64,000 bases of DNA. Source: Octopus sinensis (taxonomy: Eukaryota). The notes beneath the pieces were generated by a model. It saw nothing but the letters and a program-made list of their open reading frames with translations, was not told the origin of the DNA and ran no database searches. The DNA is taken from NCBI RefSeq assembly GCF_006345805.1, contig NC_043004.1, positions 11,346,001-11,410,000 on the forward strand. Reading direction: 5' to 3'. This document shows, one piece after another, positions 12,073 to 23,480 of the stretch. Made by a program: the position numbers and the translations under genes. Each line of letters starts with the position of its first letter. Position 1 is the stretch's first letter.

Positions 12073-13921
12073 TCAAATTCATAGGGCACTCTATGAATAA
12101 ATGGCAAACAGTCCTACACCTCCAAACAAAAGAGGGACTCATGAAAACCAAAGCCATCCCCATTAGAAGAGGAATATTCCAGGAGACACGCTCTTCCACT
12201 CCTTTTCTGCTTGGCACTGTCACCTCTATCTGATATGCTAAATAGAAATGGATGCGGATATAAATATTACGGCAAAACGAACAGCCACCTTTTATATATG
12301 GATGACCTAAAACTATACGCTGCAAATGACAAACCAACTGGGGAAACACTATTAAAGACAGTTTATGGATTTACCAAAGAAATAGATATGAAATTTGGAT
12401 TAGAAAAATGCGCCAAAGTAACCATGAAAAGAGGAAAACTAGTAAGAGTAGCAACATCACACTAGATAAAACCAATGAAATAAAAGAATTAGACAAAGCC
12501 AAACTTACAAATACTTAGGAATCATGAGCTAGATAAGACACAACACACCACAAATGAAAGAGAAAATAAAAAAAAGAATATTATAGACGAGTTAGATCAA
12601 TACTAAAAACAGAGTTCAATGCTAAAAACAAGATAATAGGTATCAAACCCTTTAGCTGTCCAGTTATGAGTTACAGCTACAATATCCTTAACTGGACACG
12701 AAATGAACTGACCAAAATAGATAGGAAAACAAGAAAAATAATGACAGGATCTAGGATGCATCACACAAAATCTGACATAGAAAAGACTATATACAACGTA
12801 TAGAAGGTGGTAGAGGCCTTATACAGCTGGAAAACTACTATAAAATAACCACCATAGGACTGCAAAAAATATCTACTTTAGAAGGAAGGAAAACTGATAC
12901 AAATAGCGGCAAAACACGTCAAAACAAAAACTGTACTCAGTATTTAAGGAAGCTGACAAATACAAAACAGAAATCATACCACTATCAAATATGAAGAAGA
13001 AGAAGAAGAGAAGATGAAGAAAACAACAAAAGCTAATAAAACAGCAACGAACTATGATGAAACGATGGCAAGAAAAGCCCTTCGTGGTAAATACTGGACT
13101 AAACTAAACGCAAAAGAATAGACAAAGAAAAATCCCAGCAATGGTTGAGAAGCTCAGGACTCAAAGCAGAAAACAGAGGGATTTTTAATTGCAGCACAAG
13201 ACCAAAGCTCCCCACCAGAAATTACCAAAAAACATGTATGAAAAGAAATATAACAAGTAACTGCAGAATATGTGGAGATGGACAGAAACAATAAATCATA
13301 TTATCCTGGCTGCCCAGTCCTGGCTAAAAAGGAATATATTCACAGACATGACAGAGTTGGAACCTACATACACTGGAAGCTATGCCAACATTATGGAATA
13401 ACAAAATAAAAAAGATGGTATAGGCACACACCAGAAAAGGTCACAGAAAACGAGAAAGCAACCATACTCTGGGATATGCCGATACACACAGATAGAGAAA
13501 TTAAGGCCAACCGACCATATATAGTTGTCAGAGATCATGAAGAAAAAAATGCTTTCTAATTGATGTATCAATACCGGCAGATGACAACGTGTCTCTAAAA
13601 GAAATGGAGAAACTTTCAAAATACAAAGACCTGGAAATAGAAGTAACCAGAATGTGGAATCTAAAAGCAGAAAAAATTCCTATCATAGTAGGTGCATTAG
13701 GCATGATAAAAAAATATTCAGACAAATACATAACAAAAACACCAGGACTTACAAACACATATAACATACAGAAAATTGCACAAATAGGCACTGCACACAT
13801 CCTACGCAGAACACTTTCCATACAATAACCATCAGAGCATCACAACAAATCACAGCACATACCCAAGGCACACAGAGCTGCGCTCGGTAGTGAAGTGAAA
13901 GCACGCTAAAAAATAAAACTA

Positions 13922-13925
<4 letters not shown>
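12073..13925 (+). mobile_element. R4/Dong-type retrotransposon, copy C (same subfamily as B, 5'-truncated inside the RT)
   Basis: Colinear with copy B from ~10008 onward. Contains HLLYMDD, a degenerate CCHC region (CRICG...HI...GCPVLA...RHD) and the RLE region. Its 3' UTR is almost identical to that of B. It is flanked on both sides by (AAT)n-type arrays. Confidence 0.92.

Positions 13926-13968
<43 letters not shown>
13926..13968 (+). repeat. (AAT)n array after copy C
   Basis: Direct reading. Confidence 0.95.
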
Positions 13969-13969
<1 letters not shown>

Positions 13970-15214
13970 CCTTTCTTCTATAGCTTCAAACAGGAAATTG
14001 TGTGTGCATGTCATGGTAGGGTCGGGTAACTCATTTTAGCGATCAGGTATTGATGAAACGCAAAGTCGACCTCAACAGATTTTGAACTCAGAAAGTAAAG
14101 AAGGGCGAAATGCTGTTAACATCATTGTGATCGTAATGAAACTCGTGATAAAATATGTTTATTGATAGAATTATTGTCATTATAACCAGGACGTTGATCA
14201 TTATCATAATTATCACTGGCATTAACAAGATCTCCAATGAGTATCTTTACGATGATGATTATCATCATCACATGCATTATTATGGACAAGAATAGTAGCA
14301 ACATCACTGACAGTAACATTATTAACAGCAGCATCTCTAAGATTTCTGGTATTACGAGAGTTAATGCTGCCATTCATGCAGCTGTAATAGCTATGGCTAT
14401 TTAACACACCTAATACGCGTTCCTTGATTTCTTTCTGTAAATTAATGTTGACAAAATATTGCAAATAAAAGAAATACAAGTTATTATGGAATCGGAATCC
14501 TTACATAAACGGCAGAAACTTGATGAGTTCTGTTGAAAATACCGAGTTTCTATGTTCTTTCAGTTGTATGCAATTAAAGAGTAAAATCCTGAAACGTGAT
14601 GTAGTTTATAGCAAGCATCTGACGTGATCAGAAGTTAAAATAGGAGCCATGATTAAGTAGCCATCTTTACAACACTCTACTTGGAATTACGATGAGTTGC
14701 GTAAGAGTATAAAATGTCTTAATTTGTTATCGTGTTATTTAAATTCTATTTAAATGAGTGCTGAATTGGTGGTGACGTTTGAGAGGAATTTAGAGAAGTG
14801 TTTACAAACATATATACGCGTTGTGAATTCCTACGAAGCCATAGAAAACACAAATCCGTAACAGCTTCATGGTTCACGTTTGGATTACATCCGCTAATTA
14901 CTTTTGACTAGTCACGTGGCTAAAGTAGAAATGATTTTATATTCATTATAGGATGATTAATGCTAGCATTAATAATAAATTTTCTTGATTTCTAGGAACC
15001 AAAAAGAAAAACGAAGAAAAATGAAGCAACTCGTGTGGTACAAAATACAAAAGGCTTTGGGTGGGAATGGGAACGCTTTATGGAAAATTCGAGAACCAAT
15101 ATTTGCTGGACACCGTAGATGAAATAATTACTACACTAAATATTAGGTACTGAACGGATAAAATATTCCTTAGTCGAGATGGTAATACTTCAGTATTCTT
15201 TTATATTTCTATTC

Positions 15215-15344
15215 TTTTACTTGTTTCAGTCATTTGACTGCAGCCATACTAGGGCACTGCCTTGAAGGGTTTTAGTCGAACAAAGCGAGTAGATTTGGTA
15301 GACGGAAACTGAAAGACGCCCGTCGTATATATATGTATATCTAT

Positions 15345-15425
<81 letters not shown>

Positions 15426-15481
15426 GTGTGTATGTATGTATGTATGTATATATATATATATAATATATATATGTATGTATG

Positions 15482-15512
<31 letters not shown>

Positions 15513-15850
15513 TGTGTGTGTGTGTGTGTTTGTGTGTCTGTGTTTGCTCCCACCAGCATCGCTTGACAACCGATGCTGGTGTGTTTACCTCCCTGTAACG
15601 TAGTGGTTCGGCAAAAAGAACCGATAGAATAAGTACTAGGCTTACAAAGAATAAGAATAATTGCTCGACTAAAGCGACCACAAGACATTTCTTTTTAAAG
15701 ACTAGTTTTCGTATAACAATTCCACTCACAAGAGTTTGGTCGGCCCGTGGCTATAGTAAAAGGCACTCACCCAAGGTGTCACACAGTGGGACTGAACCTG
15801 GATACATGTGGTTGTGAAGCAAGCTTCTTGCCACACAGATACGCCTGCGT
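15215..15850 (-). mobile_element. SINE family A with an internally inverted middle segment
   Basis: The tail (~15215-15290) and head (~15720-15850) are on the minus strand. The head end, microsatellite and body (~15291-15685) are on the plus strand. Confidence 0.8.
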
Positions 15851-16784
15851 CTAGGTGTGCAGATGAACTGAAACAATGTACATGTAGGATACTGAAAAAT
15901 ATAAGAAGGGTACTTCGATCCATCTTGTATTGTCGGTTTCGTTTTAACAAAATTATCTGCTGTTGATGATATCTGTATAGATATTTCTATGAAAATTTAT
16001 TATTAGCAGACATGTAGTTTGGGGGTTCGGACAAAACTTCCTAGGCCAACAATCCCTCTGTAAAACCCCTCGGACAATCTTCCTAAGCTAAAGTGCGAAA
16101 GAGGACAAATCCCCTTCAGTTATACTTTTGGCAGAGGTCTACAATAAACACTCGCATCTCTTTTTGGTTTCCTTGTGTTTTTACTGATTTCGAGGATTTT
16201 GGCATCAGCGATTGCGATTCTGACAAAAGATCGGCATTTCAAAATTTAAATCCCCACCCCAACCCAAATTTTTTAATTTTTCATTTTTTGACAAATTTTG
16301 GTGGGATTCCGTGTAGAAAAATACAAAGATTATGATACCCTGAGAAAAAAAAAATATTTTTCTAAAATTTGAATTTTTTAAACAAATTGACACCCCGTCC
16401 CACACCACGCACATCAACGCCAATATTCAGGATGTTTCAAAACTCGTACGGTCATTTACGCATGCGTCGTAAATTTTCAACCAGCCCATAAAGTTAATCC
16501 TAGAAGGTCTTTTGACATATTTGAGCCAACAGCCAAATATTTTCATCTTTTTCTTTTCTTTTCTTTAAATGCTAATAGAAAACGGAAATTGGGTTTGTGA
16601 AAAAAAATATTTTGCAAAATTCCAATTTCTAAATATGCAAAAATTTATTTAATCGAAAATGGATAAGTAGAATAAAATAACAGAACACAATAGACTTTGC
16701 TATTCAATGTACATATTTTCTGAATTCTAACATAGAAAGGAAGGCATTTACTTCATGAAATGTGTTTTACAAGTCAAAACCATT

Positions 16785-16945
16785 CAACATCATCGTCGTC
16801 ATCATAATCATCATCGTCAACTTCACCACCGCCACCATCACCAGCATCATCATCATCACTATCACAATCACCATCACAAGCACCAAATCTTACAACCACC
16901 ATCTGCAAAAACTCAATCTCATTTATCATCATCGTTGTCATCATG
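16785..16945 (+). repeat. Degenerate (CAT/CAC)n trinucleotide array
   Basis: Direct reading. It is the source of the spurious poly-His/Ile ORFs. Confidence 0.85.
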
Positions 16946-17017
16946 AGAATTGAATTTTAGAAAAAAATGCAGACATTTTTGTTAAGATCAGAAGGCTTTT
17001 GTCCTACACTCATGTTG

Positions 17018-17052
<35 letters not shown>

Positions 17053-17536
17053 ACTAAGGATGTGAATAACACCTACATTGCTAGAAATAGGAGCTAGAAT
17101 GCTCAACTGCTGTTACAAAGCACATAACATATGCTCTGATAGGGGCAGCAATCGGCCCGAACACCGAACTGAGAATTTCTTCGTTTGGGGCTATTTCTGT
17201 AGTCATCTTCTGCATGGCCAGCTCGTTCGGTTGCTTCCGGGTTCACTTGCCTATGAGTGTATATATATATTCAGCTTTAAAATCTGTGGATGATTTAGCA
17301 GATCGCTAATGTTTATACAAAAAATTAATAAAGACAGCCCTTTGCAATATTTTACCGTAAAGGAAATTTATAGCCGTCAACTAAACTTGACTAACGGCAT
17401 GAATAACACCTACATTGCTAGAAGCAGGAGCTAAAATACTCCAATGCTTTTACAAAGCAATAAAAATACTTTGATAGCGGTTGCAATCGCCCCGAACGCT
17501 CAATCGAGAATTCCTTAGAATTATATTGCAAACAGC

Positions 17537-17609
<73 letters not shown>

Positions 17610-18504
17610 TATATATATACATTATTATTATATAAATATATATCTGTGTGTGTGTGTGTACATATATATTCGTACATACATAGCTAATCTGTAGAACGGA
17701 ATGCATACATTTTTGAATGACGCCATAGTCAAAATTAAGAAGTTTTAAATTTTAAGTAATAAGTGTTATAAACTTAGCGACTAGTACTGAAAGTGCCACA
17801 AACTAAAACTTCTTCACAAGTGTATCAATATAATAGACAAACGTACACACACTCACACACACATATTTGTAAATATACATATATCTTTACATATATACGT
17901 ACGTGTGTGTGTGTCTGTGTGTGCATTATTTTGGTTGCAGTTCTCGCTACTCTGAATTTTGCCGGTATGTGCACAGGATCTTCAGGCAAATTTTGACATA
18001 ACATGCCTGGAGATCCTTTGCGCTCGCTCGCAGATGAAATTCAGTGTAGCAAGGGACTGACATGTTTAAAATACCAGAAAATAGTATATTAAATACAGTC
18101 AGCATTACACGCGCACACGCAATTTTATATACACATATAAATGCACGCATGTATCTATGTGTGTGTTTGTGCATTTGTATGTGTATGCAGGGAGGATGTT
18201 TTCAGATATTTATATGAACATAATCTTATCCAAATAACCGGCTTTCAAATACATGTCCATTTTCAGTGTAAAACGAGCTTCGTTAAAAATTAGTGGATCA
18301 AATGCATAAAATAAAAGTATGTTACTCAGTTTCCCTGCTAGGTGGCACAGAGACATTCTCTCCGTGAATATTTGAACCTTGTCCTCAGAAGAGGGCTAAA
18401 TGTTCACGAAAATACCTCACAATCTGAAAGGAGTATCTCCTTCCGTAATTTTGTACTCCATACATTAGTACTTTCTCCTTTTCATTTTTATAATTTTTTT
18501 TTCG

Positions 18505-18700
18505 TCTTTTACTTCTTTCAGTCATTTGACTGTGGCCATGTTGGAGCACCGCCGTTAGCCGAGCAAATCGACCCCAGAACTTATTCTTTGGAAGCCAAGT
18601 AATTATTCCATCGGTCTCTCTTGCCGAACCGGTAAGTGACGAGGACATATACACACCAGCATCGGTTGTCAAGCAAAGTTGGGGGGACCAAGACAGACAC
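18505..18700 (-). mobile_element. SINE family A, tail + body only (truncated at the internal microsatellite)
   Basis: Reverse complement of the SINE-A tail and body, followed directly by (TA)n with no head. Confidence 0.85.
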
Positions 18701-19489
18701 ATAAACATCTTATATATATATATATATATAGCGGCGTACGTACACTTTGTTCTCTTATATGTAAGTACACATTTCACTAAACTTTGTACGACTTCAACAT
18801 ACTCTCTCTCCCCCTCCCTCAAATTCCTTTGCCTTTCTTACTTTGCTCTTCACTGTCCCTGTCTTTCTTTTTTCTCGCCAATCCTTGATTCTTCGGTCTA
18901 CATGCTCTCTTTCTTCTCCTCCTTCTTAATTCCTTTGTTCCTCTTTTTCTCTCTCTTTCCCCCCTACTTAATTCCTTTGCTCCTCTTTTTCTCTCTCTTC
19001 ACTTCTCACGTGACCGCTGGCCGACTAGCCCCTTTGCGTCGGACCACGGGTACGGTAACATCGTTCTATTCGTTTGCCGTAAGGCTTCTTCTCAATAGGC
19101 CAACTGAATTCAATTCGTTTCCAGTCGAAAGATGCCTGTTGTTATGTCCTGTTATTATTATTATAATTTTTTTTTTGGGGGGGGAGGGTATTTATATTCG
19201 TATCATTATTTTGTTTTTGGTATTTATATTTGTGTAACATCGTCCGTTTTTCCGTCCTTGTTTCGTATATATTCAATCATTTTCCCAAGGAATCTAATAA
19301 TCTTAGCTTAGTTTTTCCTTAGGGCTGGCCAGATTGGAGCAATCTCAAGATTAATCAGCCGAAATTGCAAGGATGATCCGGCTCTTGACTAAAGAGTAAA
19401 GGCTTCGAATGACCCGTCCGTGTTTTTTGTATCGTCTATTTGGATGTTTTGCGTACTTGTCCCATTTTGTATATTTTGTATATACATAT

Positions 19490-19508
19490 ATATATATATG
19501 TGTGTGTT

Positions 19509-19555
<47 letters not shown>

Positions 19556-19690
19556 CGACAAGCTTCTTTCTTTCAGTTTCCGTCGGCCCGAAGCTATAGT
19601 AGAAGACACTTGGCCAATGTGCCACGAAGTAGGACTGAACCCGGAACCATGTGGTTGGTAAGCTACTTACCACATACCCACTCCTACGCC
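19490..19690 (-). mobile_element. SINE family A, head + microsatellite only
   Basis: Reverse complement of the head (GGACTGAACCCGGAACCATGTGG...CTCCTACGCC) with an internal deletion, adjoining (TG)(TA)n. Confidence 0.8.
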
Positions 19691-20311
19691 TATTATTTAT
19701 TTATAAGATCCTCTTCAACACCGTTCAGTCTTTCCAAACTAGAACTATATCATTTTGTTGTTCCCACCTCTCTGCTCACGCTTTTTCTACAAGCCATTAA
19801 GATACACAACTTTCGATTGAATATAGTTTCATTGATATCGAATAGTGAGAAAGTTATCACAACGATGGCACTGGCTGTTTTCTCCGCATTTGATGAAATA
19901 ACAAATAAAATTGCAATCATTTACCCGCAACTTTGAAAAAGGAAAAATTCATTGCAAATAGTATATGACATTTAAATATTCTGCATATATTTTGACATTT
20001 GCATTTTTTAACTTCAAACTGTTGTGATCTTTTGGGTTTTTTTAGCACACTCCCAGACAAGCTGCAATTGCAGTAATATTTTTCAAAAAGACAAACCGCT
20101 TCTCCACATTGATTTTGTTTTTCAATCTGAGCACACAAAACGCCCTCGTACATGCATGAAATATTTAAAATAAATCATAGATGTTTTTTTTTTCTGTCCA
20201 TTTAACCTTTTACTTGTTGCAGCTGTTTGACTATGGACAAGTTTGGGGCGTTTCCATGAATTTTAATGTGTATTAAATTTATGATATGCTGCATATCTCC
20301 AACAATACAAC

Positions 20312-20377
<66 letters not shown>

Positions 20378-20391
20378 CTACATGAACATAG

Positions 20392-20562
20392 GCGTAGGAG
20401 TGGCTGTGTGGTAAGTAGCTTGCTTACGGACCACACTTATGGTTCCGTGCCCAGTCGCACTGCGTGGCACCTTGGGTGCCAAATTACGGGAACGTAAACA
20501 CACCAGCATCGGTTGTCAAGCGATATTGGAGAGACAAAACACAGACACAGAAACACACACAT

Positions 20563-20593
<31 letters not shown>

Positions 20594-20600
20594 CATATAT
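20392..20600. mobile_element. SINE family A chimera: plus-strand head fused to minus-strand body
   Basis: GGCGTAGGAGTGGCTGTGTGG...GGCACCTTGGG is followed directly by ACGGGAACGTAAACACACCAGCATCGG (reverse-strand body) and then (CA)n. Confidence 0.75.
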
Positions 20601-20930
20601 ATATATAATATACATATTAGCTACATGTACTTTTAATGCTAGTATGCGATTAATCAGTTTATAAACTTGCACTACCGTCAAGAACGGGCGAGCATCAGGT
20701 TACCATAACTTAACGCTCTGTTAGAGGAATAAAGACTTCTATAAGCATGTTCCTATTTTGGAAAGCTAAATAAATTTATACAACATATATATATTATGCA
20801 AATGATCTGAAAGAGTTAATATTCGTGGCCTTTTTCCATCGAGAACTTTATAGATCTTATACGTGGAGTATTCTAATTACTCTCGGCTTTTTCTTTCGGG
20901 TTTCATTTAAATTTACATAAATGCATGTGT

Positions 20931-20940
20931 GATAGATAGG

Positions 20941-20987
<47 letters not shown>

Positions 20988-20988
20988 G

Positions 20989-21030
<42 letters not shown>

Positions 21031-21065
21031 GGCAGACAGGCAGACAGACAGACAGATAGATAGAC

Positions 21066-21097
<32 letters not shown>

Positions 21098-21098
21098 T

Positions 21099-21170
<72 letters not shown>

Positions 21171-21172
21171 CA
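20931..21172 (+). repeat. (GATA)n/(GACA)n compound microsatellite
   Basis: Direct reading. Confidence 0.95.
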
Positions 21173-21199
21173 TTAATAGACAGACATATGTATATATAT

Positions 21200-21418
21200 T
21201 CTTTACTCTTTTACTTGTTTCAGTAATTTGATTACGGCCGTGTTGGAGCACCGCCTTCAGTTGAGCAAGTCAACCCCAGGTCTTATTCTTTGGAAGCCTA
21301 GTACTTATTATATCGGTCTCTTTTGCCGAACCGCTAAGGTACGGGAACGCAAACACACCAGCATCTGTTGTCAAGCGATGTTGGGGGAACAAACACAAAC
21401 ACATAAACACACACACAC

Positions 21419-21465
<47 letters not shown>

Positions 21466-21635
21466 TATATACGACGGGCTTCTTTCAGTCTCCGTCTACC
21501 AAATCCATTCACAAGGCTTTGGTCGGCCAGAGGCTATAGTAGAAGACACTTGCCCAAAGGTGCCACGCAGTGGGACTGAACCCGGAACCATATGGTTGGT
21601 AAGCAAGCTACTTACCACACAGCCACAAACGTATA
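21200..21635 (-). mobile_element. SINE family A, full length
   Basis: Reverse complement of head, microsatellite, body and tail. Confidence 0.9.
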
Positions 21636-21711
21636 CATGTGTTTGGTTGTGTGTGGTTATATGTGTATGCGTGTTTCTTTCTTTGTGTGTGTGCATGAGT
21701 GCGTGAGATAG

Positions 21712-21778
<67 letters not shown>

Positions 21779-22662
21779 TGAGTGTTTGTGTACGTGTAAA
21801 TACAGAAAGCGATCATGAAATACATGAAATCAAAATGAAGTGCATCTCTACACGAAGTTAATAGTCCGATATATCTAGAACACACAATACTCTCTGCTTG
21901 AAATAGTGATAAAAGAACCCCGCCACCACCACCACCACTACCACCAATGTATCTCATCCACTCTCTCTCTCCCTCTTTCTCTCTCTCTCTCACTTTCTCT
22001 CCCTCTCTGTACCCATTTCACTCTTTCTCTCCCTCTTGCTCTCTCCCTCCCGTGTCCAGTGTCTAGCAAAACAGTTGAAATAATGGAAAGCAATAAAATA
22101 AGATGGCGATTTTATGAAAATCTTATTTCGTGTCTACAGAAACGGAAATTAGATAAAATCAATGGAGAACTACCGATAAACGTATATTCCTGCAACACCT
22201 ATATAACTAAACAGAAATTCTTACTTTCATTTTTCTTCTGTTATTTGTGCGTCGACGTATGTTTGAGTGTGTGCGCCTGTAAATATCTGTTTTGTATGTG
22301 ATTGCGTGTAGGTCAGTCTGCGTGTGAGCGCTTCTTGTTTATTGCTGTGGTTTGTGCTATTTCAGATTATTATCATAATTTTAATTTAGTAATAATTCTA
22401 TTATTCTCCTTATAACACTATCTACACACACTATATCTATGTTAGCTGTAGCAATAATATTACAATCAGCGAATCACCAGAACTGTTATTTCATGATCTT
22501 CACTATTACAAGAATACGTTACGTTAGGTCTATGTGAATTCGTATCACTGTTGTATTACGTTTTTAATCTTCGTTATTTCAGGTTCAATAACAAGTGTTT
22601 CACTCAAAAAGAGGAGGAGCTTCTAAATGATGTCTGGACCTGCTTGAAATAAACAAATTTCT

Positions 22663-23250
22663 TATTCTTTACTGCCCACAAGGGGCTACACACAGATGGG
22701 ACAAACAAGGACAGACAAACGGATTAAGTCGATTATATCTACCCCAGTGCGTAACTGGTACTTATTTAATCGACCCCGAAAGGATGAAAGGCAAAGTCGA
22801 CCTTAGCGGAATCTGAACTCAGAACGTAGCGGCAGACGAAATACCTATTTCTTTACTACCCACAAGGTGCTAAACACACACAGGACAGACAAAAGGATTA
22901 AGTCGATTACATCGACTCCAGTGCGTAACTGGTACTTATTTAATCGACCCCGAAAGGATGAAAATCAAAGTTGACCTCGGCGGAATTTGAACTCAGAACG
23001 TAACGGCAGACGAAATTCCTATTTCTTTACTACCCACAAGGAGCTAAACACAGAGGGGACAAACAAGGACAGACAAACGGATTAAGTCGGTTATATCGAC
23101 CCCAGTGCGTAACTGGTACTTATTTAATCGATCCCGAAAGGATGAAAGGCAAAGTCGACCTCGGCAGAATGTGAACTCAGAACGTAATGGCAGACGAAAT
23201 ACCACAAAGCATTCCGCCCGGCGTGATAATGATTCTACCAACTCGCCACC
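22663..23250 (-). mobile_element. SINE family B, trimer
   Basis: Three tandem units (junction motif at 22835, 23009, 23193) and one head. A 13-bp TSD, TAAACAAATTTCT, lies at 22650-22662 and 23251-23263. Confidence 0.9.
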
Positions 23251-23304
23251 TAAACAAATTTCTATAAAATTCCAAACCTTCTGTCTTAAAGAACCGTTTA
23301 TCTT

Positions 23305-23480
23305 TCATCTTCTACTTGTTTCAGTCATTAAACTGCAGCCATGCTGAATCACAGCCTCGCAGAAATTTTAGTCGAACGAATCGACGCCAGGACATTTTTC
23401 TATCGGTTTCGTTTGCCGAACCATTAAGTTACGGGGACGTAAATACAGCAACGCCATTTGTTTAGTGGTGATGGGAGACA
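23305..23480 (-). mobile_element. SINE family A, degenerate tail/body fragment
   Basis: CTTGTTTCAGTCATTAAACTGCAGCCATGC...GTTACGGGGACGTAAATAC. Confidence 0.7.

Noticed and set aside
22663-23250. Regular tandem units as a CRISPR array or satellite
   Set aside because: There are no unique spacers, the units are whole SINE bodies inside a TSD, and the context is eukaryotic.
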